Of a stretch of DNA of 64,000 nucleotides, positions 1 through 10,150 are shown in pieces. Each line of letters opens with the position of its first letter. Positions within the stretch are counted from its first letter, which is position 1. The position numbers were made by a program, and so were the translations under genes. The notes below the pieces were generated by a model. The model did not search any database, was not told the origin of the DNA, and saw nothing but the letters and a program-made list of their open reading frames with translations. This DNA comes from an uncultured bacterium. GTDB taxonomy: Bacteria; Patescibacteriota; JACMRA01. Location: assembly GCA_963784355.1 (NCBI GenBank), contig CAWAQU010000006.1, forward strand, positions 14,517 through 78,516, in the 5' to 3' direction.

Positions 1-362
1 TCAATCAGGAAAATGTGAAAATTGAAGATAAAACCCTAAAAATGGATTTGAAATCTCCGGAAATTTTTAATGTAAATATAATTGAAGATAAAACTAGCCT
101 TTTGAAAGATGATTTGAGTTTGCTGTTTAGACTTAGGGAAAATCTTGATAATACAAAAAGACGAGAAATAAACGAATATTTACAAAAGCAAATCATTAAA
201 CAGAGCAAATTGGCCTTGGTAGAAGCGGCCTGCGAAAACAAAATATTGGATCAAGCAGGAGAAAATGGCAAAAAAAATATTGGAGAGCTTTTCAAAAATT
301 CAGCTTACGAAAAAGTAGAAGTAAATTTCGCTGCACCTAGTACATGTAAATATGCAGAATAA
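1..362 (+). CDS. Hypothetical protein, 5'-truncated by window edge
   Basis: Frame is open from the window start to TAA at 360-362; no recognisable motif. Confidence 0.6.
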   Translation, partial: NQENVKIEDKTLKMDLKSPEIFNVNIIEDKTSLLKDDLSLLFRLRENLDNTKRREINEYLQKQIIKQSKLALVEAACENKILDQAGENGKKNIGELFKNSAYEKVEVNFAAPSTCKYAE

Positions 363-368
363 AAAACT

Positions 369-986
369 ATGTCCATATTTGACCTGTTTGACCTAGCAAA
401 AACTTTGATTGAAAAAATGGGATACTTTGGAGTATTTTTGGGTACTTTTTTAGAATCGGTATTCCCTCCAATCCCTAGTGAAGTTATAATGGGATTTTCA
501 GGGTTTTTGATAAGTGAAGGAAGGTTTAGTTGGTTCCCGACGCTTTTTGCTGCAATTCTCGGAAATATGGCCTCAGTTAGCTTACTTTGGTACTTAGGAA
601 ATAAATATGGTAGAGGTTTTATTTTAAAAATCGGAAAATATGGTGGGTTTACAGAAAATGATATCGATAGAGGAGAGAAATTGTTTGCAAAGTATGGGTA
701 TATGATTGTACTTGGATGTCAACTTTTGCCTCTAGCTCGGTCCTGGATAGCAATACCTGCCGGCACACTTAAAACAAATTATTTTAAATTCATATTTTTT
801 AATACACTTGGAGCATCGATTTGGCTTTCTGTTTTGTGTTATGTGGGATATACACTAGGGAAAAACTGGGAAGAAATAGAGATGATCTTTAAACCCTATG
901 AAAGATTCTTTTTACTTATTTTAGCTGCAATTTTAATCTATATAGTGTATAAATTTTTCAGAAGTAGGATAGTGAAAAAAGCTTAG
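369..986 (+). CDS. DedA family membrane protein
   Basis: FLESVFPPIPSEVIMGFSG, LWYLG and ARSWIAIPAG motifs typical of DedA. Confidence 0.92.
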   Translation: MSIFDLFDLAKTLIEKMGYFGVFLGTFLESVFPPIPSEVIMGFSGFLISEGRFSWFPTLFAAILGNMASVSLLWYLGNKYGRGFILKIGKYGGFTENDIDRGEKLFAKYGYMIVLGCQLLPLARSWIAIPAGTLKTNYFKFIFFNTLGASIWLSVLCYVGYTLGKNWEEIEMIFKPYERFFLLILAAILIYIVYKFFRSRIVKKA

Positions 987-1133
987 TTATTTGGACTAGT
1001 TATTTTAGACTAACTAGCATTAGATTTCTCCTTAGTATTTTATCTGTAGGATAACCAAGCTCAAAATAAAAAATAATTTCAATTTAATTTTCCAGCTCTT
1101 GACTTTTTCTGTTTTTTCTGGATTAATTGGTAA

Positions 1134-1778
1134 ATGTCGAATCAACCACTATACGAGCCATTTGAGTTCGTTGAAATAGATGTACCTCAAGATTACCAGG
1201 GTGTAGTAATGCAAGAGCTCGGTAAAAGAAGTGCTGATATCCAAAATATTTCACCTAATGAGGCCGGAACCGAATTTCATTTTGAAGCTGTGATGCCTAC
1301 AAGAGCTTTAATTGGGCTTAAATCATTGCTTATTACTGCAACAAAAGGTACTGTTATAATGCACAGTATTTTTGATGGGTACAGACCAATGGTTAATTTA
1401 CAGATTAGTAGTGACCATGGAAGTTTGGTAAGTACTGAAACTGGTGTAACTTCAGGTTATTCACTGGATAATGCTCAGCAAAGAGGAGTTTTGTTTGTAG
1501 GACCTGCCGTTGAAGTTTACGCAGGAATGGTAATTGGTGAGTGTAGTAAAGACGAAGATTTGGAGATAAATCCTTGTAGAGAAAAGAAGTTGAGCAACGT
1601 TCGTTCAAAATCCTCTGACGATGCTATCATGTTAGCTCCTCCTCGCGAAGTAACGCTAGATACCTGTCTTGAGTATATTGGAGATGACGAATTGGTTGAA
1701 ATTACCCCAAAAAGTCTTAGAATCAGAAAAAAATATTTAGATCCAAACGATAGAAAGAGGTTTAAACATAAAATGTAA
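1134..1778 (+). CDS. typA: TypA/BipA C-terminal half only (domain V + CTD); G domain and domains II-III absent
   Basis: EPFE...PTRALIG...GVLFVGPAVEVYAGMVIGE...NPCREKKLSNVRS...DDELVEITPKSLRIRK; only 147 bp of non-coding DNA upstream. Confidence 0.9.
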   Translation: MSNQPLYEPFEFVEIDVPQDYQGVVMQELGKRSADIQNISPNEAGTEFHFEAVMPTRALIGLKSLLITATKGTVIMHSIFDGYRPMVNLQISSDHGSLVSTETGVTSGYSLDNAQQRGVLFVGPAVEVYAGMVIGECSKDEDLEINPCREKKLSNVRSKSSDDAIMLAPPREVTLDTCLEYIGDDELVEITPKSLRIRKKYLDPNDRKRFKHKM

Positions 1779-1815
1779 TTTAGATCAAAAACTCATTTTT
1801 CTTTGACAGAATTAG

Positions 1816-1838
1816 TCCTAGGCATCTAGGATTTTTTT
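1816..1838 (+). terminator. Intrinsic terminator after typA fragment
   Basis: TCCTAG-GCAT-CTAGGA followed by T7. Confidence 0.65.
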
Positions 1839-1888
1839 GTGCCCTAAAAATATTATTAAAGCTTAATAAAAACTAAATTAATAAAATT

Positions 1889-2743
1889 ATGTCAGCAGAA
1901 TTACAACCAAAACAACAGCAAAGTACTCAACCCGGACATGAATCTGAAATGAATCCAAAACCAATATTTATCAGAGCAGATTATCAAGGCAGTAACAAAT
2001 TACAAGATAAAATGGCCATAATCACTGGTGGTGATAGCGGAATTGGCCGTAGCGTAGCTATACATTTTGCTAAAGAGGGAGCTAATATTGCGATTGTTTA
2101 TTTGAATGAAAAAGAGGATGCAGAGGAAACTAAAAGAGAAATTGAAAAAATTGGAAGGCATTGCATGCTTGTTAGTGGGGATATAGGTGATGAGGAATTT
2201 TGCAAAAAAATAGTAAATGAAGTAGTAACTATGCATGACAAAATTGATATTTTAGTAAATAATGCAGCAGAACAGCACCCCCAGGAAAGCATAGAAGATA
2301 TAACTAAAGAGCAACTGGAAAAAACTTTTAGAACAAATATTTTTGGTTATTTCTATTTAACAAAAGCAGCTTTAAAATACATGCCTGAGGGGAGCACAAT
2401 CATTAATACAACTTCAGTTACAGCATATCGCGGCACAAAACAGCTATTGGATTATTCTAGCACAAAAGGAGCAATTGTAGCATTTACAAGATCTTTAGCC
2501 CTAATGCTCACCGATAAAAAGATAAGAGTAAATGGAGTAGCTCCTGGACCCATCTGGACTCCACTAATTCCATCAACTTTTAATGAGGAAAAAGTAGCCA
2601 GTTTTGGTAGTGAAGTGCCTATGCAAAGAGCAGGGCAGCCGGCAGAGGTAGGTCCTTGCTATGTGTTTTTAGCTTCAAAAGATAGCTTATACATGTCAGG
2701 ACAAGTCTTACATCCAAATGGCGGTGAAATAATAAACACTTAG
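1889..2743 (+). CDS. SDR family oxidoreductase (YhdF/YdaD general stress protein-like)
   Basis: TGGDSGIG, VNNAAEQ, YSSTK, PGPIWTP motifs. Confidence 0.93.
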   Translation: MSAELQPKQQQSTQPGHESEMNPKPIFIRADYQGSNKLQDKMAIITGGDSGIGRSVAIHFAKEGANIAIVYLNEKEDAEETKREIEKIGRHCMLVSGDIGDEEFCKKIVNEVVTMHDKIDILVNNAAEQHPQESIEDITKEQLEKTFRTNIFGYFYLTKAALKYMPEGSTIINTTSVTAYRGTKQLLDYSSTKGAIVAFTRSLALMLTDKKIRVNGVAPGPIWTPLIPSTFNEEKVASFGSEVPMQRAGQPAEVGPCYVFLASKDSLYMSGQVLHPNGGEIINT

Positions 2744-2785
2744 ATATTGACTTTTTTGTAGACTCAGCTTAGAATTTTTGCTAGT

Positions 2786-3172
2786 ATGTCTTTACAAACA
2801 AAATATAAACCAAATAATTGGATAGATAAAACATTAGTAGGTGTTAATGGACTTAAAACAGCATTTAGAAGTGAACCAACGCTTGCAATTCAGGTAACGG
2901 TAGGTACCATTGCTACAATATTAGCTTTGTTTATCGGTGGACAGTGGTGGTATGTCAAACAAACAATATTTATGACTGTGGCTGTAGTTTTGGCAGAGCT
3001 AGTTAATACCTCGTTTGAATATTTATGCGATCTTGTAGAACCAAACAAAAATTCCAAAGTCAAAAAAATTAAAGATATTTTAGCCGGTGTAGTCTTGATT
3101 GTTGCTTTAACTGCTATATTCATCACACTACTTGACCTTATAAATATCCTCAGAAATTATTACTTAAAGTAA
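2786..3172 (+). CDS. DgkA-family diacylglycerol/undecaprenol kinase
   Basis: ELVNTSFEYLCD...KIKDILAG; three TM segments. Confidence 0.85.
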   Translation: MSLQTKYKPNNWIDKTLVGVNGLKTAFRSEPTLAIQVTVGTIATILALFIGGQWWYVKQTIFMTVAVVLAELVNTSFEYLCDLVEPNKNSKVKKIKDILAGVVLIVALTAIFITLLDLINILRNYYLK

Positions 3173-3174
3173 TT

Positions 3175-3798
3175 ATGCTAGAGATGGAGAATAAAAGTTT
3201 AATTTTCGATTTTGATGGAGTTATTGGCAATACTTTTGAGGCTTCAGTCCAATTTATTGCAAAATATTTAAAAATAAGTCCTGAGAGAGCTAGAATTATC
3301 CTAATCAAAGATGGATTAAAAAACAGAAAGGACAGTTCTATTTATAGATTTGTGAAAAACTGGTATTACAAAAGACTTCTAAGCTTTTTTGAAAAACAAA
3401 CGGATTTACTTTTTAAAGATAAGATTGAAGATATTGAAAGACTTTGGCCACATAATCCCAAGGCAATATTAAGTCGTAGTGATAGTAGAATATGTAGAGC
3501 ATTATTGGCTGATAAACAAGATATGTTTGAGTTTGTTCTTGGTAGAGATAAAGTAAAAACTAAGCTTGAAGGGTTGGAGATTATTAATCTTAGTTCAAGA
3601 TTTAAACTGGAAAACTGTATTTTTTTTACGGACTCTGTTGGTGATTATAGGGAAATGACAAAAATATTAAAACCCGAGCAGATTTATGTAGTAACTTGGG
3701 GTTTCCAACCAAAAGACTTCCTGGAAAAATATATTTCAGACAAAAGACTATTGGATAATTTTGCAGATATTACAGAAAAGGTTGACAAGTTAGCCTAA
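3175..3798 (+). CDS. HAD-superfamily hydrolase
   Basis: IFDFDGV motif I, FTDSVGD motif IV, TWGF. Confidence 0.8.
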   Translation: MLEMENKSLIFDFDGVIGNTFEASVQFIAKYLKISPERARIILIKDGLKNRKDSSIYRFVKNWYYKRLLSFFEKQTDLLFKDKIEDIERLWPHNPKAILSRSDSRICRALLADKQDMFEFVLGRDKVKTKLEGLEIINLSSRFKLENCIFFTDSVGDYREMTKILKPEQIYVVTWGFQPKDFLEKYISDKRLLDNFADITEKVDKLA

Positions 3799-3933
3799 AT
3801 GTTTTTTTATAGGATTACTAACTATGATCATAAATATATGACAAAAAGTACAAAATTTACCCCAATAAAATAAGGGCGCATTTTTTGCCGATCATAATCA
3901 TCAACAAAACCTTTTTTAAAATTAACCAATATT

Positions 3934-3957
3934 AACTCCCCACAAGGGGGTTTTTAC
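3934..3957 (+). terminator. Intrinsic terminator
   Basis: AACTCCCC-ACAA-GGGGGTT followed by T tract. Confidence 0.6.
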
Positions 3958-4071
3958 TTTGGCTAAATTTCAAGATTGAGCAGAAATAATTAGGCAGGTG
4001 ACAAAATAAACTATGATTTAAAACAAAACAAAAAGCCCTATGATAGGACTAATTATGTGTCTAGAAAATTT

Positions 4072-4145
4072 TGGAGGCAACGACCGGGTTCGAACCGGTG
4101 TACAAGGTTTTGCAGACCTCTGCCTAACCACTCGGCCACGTCGCC
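4072..4145 (-). tRNA. tRNA-Cys (GCA), CCA encoded
   Basis: GGCGACGTGGCCGAGTGGTTAGGCAGAGGTCTGCAAAACCTTGTACACCGGTTCGAACCCGGTCGTTGCCTCCA folds as a cloverleaf with anticodon GCA and TTCGAA T-loop. Confidence 0.97.
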
Positions 4146-4222
4146 AAAAAACAAGCTGTTGACAAAGAACAGGTTACGTACTATTTACTTAAGTAAAAGA
4201 TTTAACATTTAGTCAAGTTATT

Positions 4223-4801
4223 GTGCCTAACCTTTCCTTTAAAATTAGTGGAAATCAACTATTTACACCAGCGATATTAATATCGATTTTTGCCCTGACT
4301 TACATTATTTCTATTCAGGAATTTAAAGATAGCTACAATACTTATTCCATAATACTTGCCACTGCTATTTCCTTCTTCCTTCTAAAGACCTTTATAATTT
4401 CATTTGCTACTATTGAAAAGACACTTATCAACAAAAAATGGTTTTTCTTAGGCTTTAATTTAATTGCAGCTTTTGCACAAACTTGGGTATGCTGGTTAGC
4501 TTTGAGAGAATTAACTATAAATTCATACCCTGTTTATACTGTAGGTGGACTTTTGATTGCTAGCCTAGGTTTTTATTTGCAAGCTTTTATAAATAAGGTT
4601 CCAGGACTTCTGAAAATGTGTATAACTGGGTTTTTAGTCTACACAATTGTTTTTGTGCTACTGCTAACTACAGCTTTTGATGCTTTTGTAGGCAATAACT
4701 TACTTTTACTTGTCTTTCAGCAGACTACCGGGTACATGTCTTTAGGTATCGAGACTATCTTATTATTCCAAGTTGCCAGGCAGTTTATCAATAAGAATTA
4801 G
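4223..4801 (+). CDS. Hypothetical multi-pass membrane protein
   Basis: 192-aa ORF with about 6 hydrophobic segments. Confidence 0.7.
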   Translation: MPNLSFKISGNQLFTPAILISIFALTYIISIQEFKDSYNTYSIILATAISFFLLKTFIISFATIEKTLINKKWFFLGFNLIAAFAQTWVCWLALRELTINSYPVYTVGGLLIASLGFYLQAFINKVPGLLKMCITGFLVYTIVFVLLLTTAFDAFVGNNLLLLVFQQTTGYMSLGIETILLFQVARQFINKN

Positions 4802-4824
4802 TTTAATCTTGATTTCTTTAAAAT

Positions 4825-5466
4825 ATGCAAAATAAAAATAAATATTTAATCTTTGATTATGATGGCGTTTTAGGTAATACCTGGAATGCTGCAATAAAAT
4901 CTATCGCACAAACCAATAATATAACTAATGAAGAGGCTTCAAAACACATATTGAATCACACCAAAAAGCCAATATACGCAAAGAGTAATAATTTATCTGA
5001 AGAGGAAATACTAAAAAATCAATCTAGAATTATTAAATTAAATTTGCTGATGATGGAGCATAAATTTAACTTGTTTGAAGAATTTTTAGAAGAAATCGCA
5101 AAAATATCAGATACTAAGCTTGCAATTGTTTCAAGTGGGTCCGCAGAAATGATGATAAAACCTTCTTTGAAGTCTCATCCATTAAAATTTACGCATATTT
5201 TAGGCATTGAACATCATAATTCCAAAGAAGAAAAAATTGAACAAATTTGTGCTGATTGGAAAATTTCAGTCAAAGATGTTTATTATTTTACTGATACTAC
5301 CACTGATGTGTATGAGCTAGAGCAATTTTTAGATTTTAAGAAAATAATTGGTTGTAGTTGGGGTTGGCATGGATATGAATTATTATCTACTATCTTGCCC
5401 GACGCTCAAATTTTAAATAGCTTTAGTGATATACACAGATTATTTCAATCCACTAACCAAGTATAG
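4825..5466 (+). CDS. HAD-superfamily hydrolase (paralog of 3175-3798)
   Basis: IFDYDGV, IVSS, FTDTTTD, SWGW motifs. Confidence 0.82.
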   Translation: MQNKNKYLIFDYDGVLGNTWNAAIKSIAQTNNITNEEASKHILNHTKKPIYAKSNNLSEEEILKNQSRIIKLNLLMMEHKFNLFEEFLEEIAKISDTKLAIVSSGSAEMMIKPSLKSHPLKFTHILGIEHHNSKEEKIEQICADWKISVKDVYYFTDTTTDVYELEQFLDFKKIIGCSWGWHGYELLSTILPDAQILNSFSDIHRLFQSTNQV

Positions 5467-6618
5467 CTGCTTTTCTTTTTGACTATCAGGAGAGAGTACT
5501 GAAGGTTTACCTGGATTAGCTTCCCAAAGAATTTTAGCTGTGTTCACAGTGCTGATATAATCAATCAAATAATCTGCGTTAAATGCTTGGGTCCATTCTT
5601 CTTGAACACCTTCATAATTTTCTATGTCTACAGAGCTTTCACTGGAGTATCCATCTTGGGTTTGGGCAGACAAAACAATTCTAGAGTTTTTAGGATCAGC
5701 TTTTAAGGTAACAGAGTGATTTATAGTATTAGTTCTTGCAAACAAATAAACCTGCTTTAGACTATTTAAAAGGTCTTTAGAAGAAATACTAAATGTACAA
5801 TTAAAACTTTGCGGAATAATTTTATCATAATCAGGATATTTTCCTTCTCCGTATCTCATTATTAAAGATGTGTTATCAAACTTTATCCACAAAAAATCTT
5901 TTTCAAAATTGAATTCAATAGAATCTTCAGACTCAACTGCACTAGTCAAAAGCTGTACACTTTTAGGATTTATCAAAAAATTTACGGATGATTCAGTTTG
6001 AATAAATTCGTTTAGATTATCGTAATTTGCGACCAATACATTTTTTGTAATCCTATAGCGGTCAGTAGATACAATTAACATCTTGTTTTCACTAGGTTTA
6101 AGAGTAAAACAAATATTCAAAAATTCGGGCTGATATACATTTTTAGGTTGGCCTACAGAAATCTGTGCTGATTTAATAGCATCTAAAGCTTCTTGTGTGA
6201 TTAATCTCGCGGTAGCTTGCAGTTCTTCAGGTTTTTCACTTGGTAAGACGAAATCAGCAAGCATTTGATTATTTATCCTCAAAGTATGTTTACTTTTAGC
6301 TCCTTGAATAACTAGAGTACTTTTTTCTAAATCTATTTCCAAGCTTACTTTTTCATCTGTAATCAAAGCAATACTGCTACTAAATACATCGGTTTTGATT
6401 AAAAATGATAGCTCAATTTCAGGTTTATCAATATTTTGAATCTTTAGTTTGGTCTTGAAAAATAAACTGGGATTTAGAGCGGATAGAGCTAGTTCCCCAT
6501 TTTTAATATCTACTCTTGTATAAGTAAAAATTTCCACTTCACTTTTTTTAAGGCTAACCTGATTACAAATACTTAATTTAGTTAAGAGGTCTTTTTGATT
6601 TAAGCTAAAAAATTCCAT
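5440..6618 (-). CDS. dnaN: DNA polymerase III beta sliding clamp
   Basis: VSTDRYRI, EGKYPDYDKIIP, AFNADYLID; about 390 aa. Confidence 0.9.
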   Translation of the reverse strand: MEFFSLNQKDLLTKLSICNQVSLKKSEVEIFTYTRVDIKNGELALSALNPSLFFKTKLKIQNIDKPEIELSFLIKTDVFSSSIALITDEKVSLEIDLEKSTLVIQGAKSKHTLRINNQMLADFVLPSEKPEELQATARLITQEALDAIKSAQISVGQPKNVYQPEFLNICFTLKPSENKMLIVSTDRYRITKNVLVANYDNLNEFIQTESSVNFLINPKSVQLLTSAVESEDSIEFNFEKDFLWIKFDNTSLIMRYGEGKYPDYDKIIPQSFNCTFSISSKDLLNSLKQVYLFARTNTINHSVTLKADPKNSRIVLSAQTQDGYSSESSVDIENYEGVQEEWTQAFNADYLIDYISTVNTAKILWEANPGKPSVLSPDSQKEKQLYLVSGLK

Positions 6619-6731
6619 ATTACAAGGTAAAAAATCTGATAAGTCATTTTAAAGAAAGCCTAATTTTGTACTAATGTCAAGACTGGTACTACTAATATTA
6701 GCATTTAAACTAGGTCTGAAACCTTCAAATA

Positions 6732-7139
6732 TTAAAACGAAAGATTTTTAAAAATAAACACAATGCTAATTTGATACAATATAACCACGAGCCAAGACAA
6801 GGCAACCATCAAAACAGCTCCTGCAGCGATGTCTTTGATTATTTTGACCTTAGGGTGATAATCAGGCTGAACTAGGTCACAAAGTGTCTCTATAGCTGAA
6901 TTAAGCATCTCTAGACTTATTACAATGCTCATCAAAATCAAATTAGCAACAGCAGTAACCCACCTTTGGTGAAATATTCCGAAGATTGTAAAAGATATAC
7001 CTACAAATAATTGTAAACTAAGATTTGGCTCTCTTTTGAAAGCTGTGTAAATACCCACAAGTGCATAATACGGACTCTTTAATATATTGTACTTCATTAC
7101 TTTCTCCGGTATTATGATTTTATCTTCTTCATCGTACAT
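6732..7139 (-). CDS. DgkA-family diacylglycerol/undecaprenol kinase (second paralog)
   Basis: EMLNSAIETLCD...KIIKDIAAGAV. Confidence 0.9.
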   Translation of the reverse strand: MYDEEDKIIIPEKVMKYNILKSPYYALVGIYTAFKREPNLSLQLFVGISFTIFGIFHQRWVTAVANLILMSIVISLEMLNSAIETLCDLVQPDYHPKVKIIKDIAAGAVLMVALSWLVVILYQISIVFIFKNLSF

Positions 7140-7140
7140 A

Positions 7141-8433
7141 TTATTTGTTTAAAGCAGTTTTTGTAATATTAGCTATTTTAGTTGCATCTGATGTGGTTGT
7201 GTTTATATTTGTAGGTAAATTTAATACTTTATTTCGAATTAGCTCTGAAATATTGGTTAGGTCAGTTATTTTATAGTTGTATGCTTGCTCGTCATTTATT
7301 GCTGTGCCTAAGAATACTTTATTATACCATTTTCCCAAAAAAATACCTTGGTTTTTCATGGCTGTGTATATCTTATTGTAAATTTCTTCGTGTGTAAGTT
7401 TGTCTATAAATATTGGCAATCTTAAGTACACATTTTGAGGATTAAAATCTATATCTAGCTCATTAGCGTAAATCAAAGCTAATTCTTGCCTGTGTTTGTT
7501 GTATCTCTCTAGTTTGTTTAATTGATTAAGGAGTAGCGGAAATAAATTTAAACTCATTATTAGTGGGGTAGGGAATTGGTCCACATTCAAAGTTTTTTCA
7601 GAGGTAGTATAAACCGGTTTGCTTAGTTTTGTCTTGGTACTAAAAATAGCAATTGCCTTACCAATTCCAAAATAGTACAAAGGTTTTATAAAAACTGTAG
7701 TTAATATTACGTAGAGTAAATTTTGGACTGAAGCTTTAAGATTCATTACTTCTAAAGTGTGGTGCGTCGCCTCAAATGCTTTTTCCCAGCTTTCAAAATC
7801 AACTTGAGCTTGGAGTGCATTTTCCTTATTAAAAATAACTGCTCCACCACTAGTTGTGGATATAATTTTATCTCTTCCAAAACTGAAAGCTGCAGCATGA
7901 CCAAATTTACCTACCTCAAACTCTTGTTTACCCAAACTAAATCTAGCTCCCAAACTATGAGCACAGTCTTCAATTAGAATTAAATTATATTTATTACATA
8001 TTTCTAAAACTCTTTGCATGTTCGGCACTATGCCAAAATTGTATTGTAAAATCCAGACTTTGGTATTTGGGGTAATTTTCGCTTCCAATTTATCCAAATC
8101 AAAATTAAAATTTTCGGTAGATACGTCACAAATTATAGGTTTTAAGTTTGCTTGAAGCACAGCATTTGGTACGACAATACAAGAAAATCCCTGTACAAGT
8201 ACCTCAGTATCAGAATTTAGATTTAAACTTTTTAGCAACAGGTATATACCACCTCTGCAAGTATCAAAAAACCACACATTTTCTACACCAAATTTATCTT
8301 TAAACCAATTTTCAACTTTAGCTTTGGCACCTTGAAATGCCTTTTTATTCGGTAAAAATAGAGTTTTCAAAGTGGTAATTACATCGTCTTTTTGGTAGTT
8401 TGGTCCAATTTCCAAGCTAATTAATCTTTTCAT
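7141..8433 (-). CDS. DegT/DnrJ/EryC1/StrS PLP-dependent sugar aminotransferase
   Basis: IEDCAHSLG, FSFGRDKIISTTSGG with PLP lysine, LNLPT. Confidence 0.88.
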   Translation of the reverse strand: MKRLISLEIGPNYQKDDVITTLKTLFLPNKKAFQGAKAKVENWFKDKFGVENVWFFDTCRGGIYLLLKSLNLNSDTEVLVQGFSCIVVPNAVLQANLKPIICDVSTENFNFDLDKLEAKITPNTKVWILQYNFGIVPNMQRVLEICNKYNLILIEDCAHSLGARFSLGKQEFEVGKFGHAAAFSFGRDKIISTTSGGAVIFNKENALQAQVDFESWEKAFEATHHTLEVMNLKASVQNLLYVILTTVFIKPLYYFGIGKAIAIFSTKTKLSKPVYTTSEKTLNVDQFPTPLIMSLNLFPLLLNQLNKLERYNKHRQELALIYANELDIDFNPQNVYLRLPIFIDKLTHEEIYNKIYTAMKNQGIFLGKWYNKVFLGTAINDEQAYNYKITDLTNISELIRNKVLNLPTNINTTTSDATKIANITKTALNK

Positions 8434-8434
8434 A

Positions 8435-10111
8435 TTACAGTTCTAAAAAGTTTTTACTTTGATAACCTAATAATAATACAAGATTATCTTGGCCAGTTAA
8501 TTTTGAAGCTACCTCAGCTTTGATTTGTCGGGTATTTTTGCCATTCCAGCTGAAAATATTGCTTTTTTCAAAACCGTATTCGATTAATTTGCTTTCCAGT
8601 AACTTGTTAAAACTTCTACCTAAAAGTATAATTTGAGTAGGATTAGTTTCAAATATTGACTTACTTAATTTCTCATGAATTTCATTAGATTTGCTACCCA
8701 ATTCCATTATATCATCAATAAAAATCACTTTTTTACCTTTGTAATTTTCCAATAGGCTTAAAGCGTTTATAATCCCGTCTTCGTTGTTATATTGATTGTA
8801 TAATAGTCTGCCCCACTTTTTATCAAAAATTTGCAATCTGCCCTCAATATCAGGTAAATTTAAAATTATTTCACTAACCTCCTCTACAGTAAACAAATTA
8901 TTCTCTCTTACATAGGCTATTGCATGCAAAATATTTTGGATATTTCCTTTACTGATTAAATTGGTTTCCAGATAGTAAGTATCTTGCCCATTGATGACTA
9001 AATCAAAAGTTGTGCCTTGAAAATTAATTTCAATATTTTTTGCTAAATAATTTACATCATTATTGAATTCACCGTTACTTATTTTATCATTAGTCTCAAC
9101 TGCGCACTTAATTACTTTAGCTTGTTTAGGAAAATCAATTTTATGACAAAGTGGACTACTCCAATTTACAATAATGATTTCTCCGGGCTTTAAAAAATGA
9201 ATTGATTCACTTTCTGCTTTGATAATGTTCTCTTCACTTCCAAAAAAACTAAAATGTTGATAGTTTAAACCTGTAACTATAGAACTGTTGGGTGCTATAA
9301 ACTCACAGATTTCATTACCATCACCTCTTTTGTAGGCTCCAAGTTCACACAAAAAATAATTTGTATCGAGATTTAGTTTTAAAGTTCTTCGGGCACAACT
9401 TACATTGGAATTCTGATTTTTAATAGTTTTTTCTACTTTATACTTTTGGCTTAATACATGGTCCAGAATCTCCTTGGTTGTAGTTTTACCGTAGGCTCCG
9501 GAGATTGCAACCACATTCAAATTTTGTATTGTCTGTCTGTACTTGGCAGCCTTTTTAAAAAGTTGAGATTTGGTATACCAATCAAATGGAAAAAGAAATA
9601 AAATCCAATATCCAATATTTATCGGCACAAGTAGAATTATTAAAGTACAGAAAAAAGATAAAAGGTTCAAACCTGCTATACTAAAATCATGCAAATCATT
9701 TTTTACAAAAGAATACCAGAGAAAGGGTAACAAAACCATTATGGCTAAAAAACTAAGTATCGTGAGCAAACCTGCCTTGGCGGTAATTTTTGGAAACTTA
9801 ACTCTTCTTCTATATAAATCAAATAAGAATTTTACAATTTCAAGAAAATTTGCTATAATTAAAGATGTTGTAATAATAGTTCGTGTGATACTATTTTCAG
9901 TAAAAAATGCCGATAAAAATAAAATTATGAGAAATAAAAATCTTAAGATAGTCCAATAATCAAATATAATTTTCTTAGATTCAGGTAGTTTTAAGTAATC
10001 AACCATTTTGTCACCTCGGTATTCTTTATTTTGCCAAAGATATAGCCAAAAGAGATTTTGTTTAACTATAATACCAAAGAATAAAATCAAGGATAAATAC
10101 CAGAGATACAT
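8435..10111 (-). CDS. murF: MurF-like Mur ligase with N-terminal TM region
   Basis: ISGAYGKTTTKE P-loop, ELGAY, IEGRL, DIMELG motifs. Confidence 0.75.
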   Translation of the reverse strand: MYLWYLSLILFFGIIVKQNLFWLYLWQNKEYRGDKMVDYLKLPESKKIIFDYWTILRFLFLIILFLSAFFTENSITRTIITTSLIIANFLEIVKFLFDLYRRRVKFPKITAKAGLLTILSFLAIMVLLPFLWYSFVKNDLHDFSIAGLNLLSFFCTLIILLVPINIGYWILFLFPFDWYTKSQLFKKAAKYRQTIQNLNVVAISGAYGKTTTKEILDHVLSQKYKVEKTIKNQNSNVSCARRTLKLNLDTNYFLCELGAYKRGDGNEICEFIAPNSSIVTGLNYQHFSFFGSEENIIKAESESIHFLKPGEIIIVNWSSPLCHKIDFPKQAKVIKCAVETNDKISNGEFNNDVNYLAKNIEINFQGTTFDLVINGQDTYYLETNLISKGNIQNILHAIAYVRENNLFTVEEVSEIILNLPDIEGRLQIFDKKWGRLLYNQYNNEDGIINALSLLENYKGKKVIFIDDIMELGSKSNEIHEKLSKSIFETNPTQIILLGRSFNKLLESKLIEYGFEKSNIFSWNGKNTRQIKAEVASKLTGQDNLVLLLGYQSKNFLEL

Positions 10112-10150
10112 ACTTATCTTTAGGCTGTAGTTGCGTTTTTCGTCAATAGG

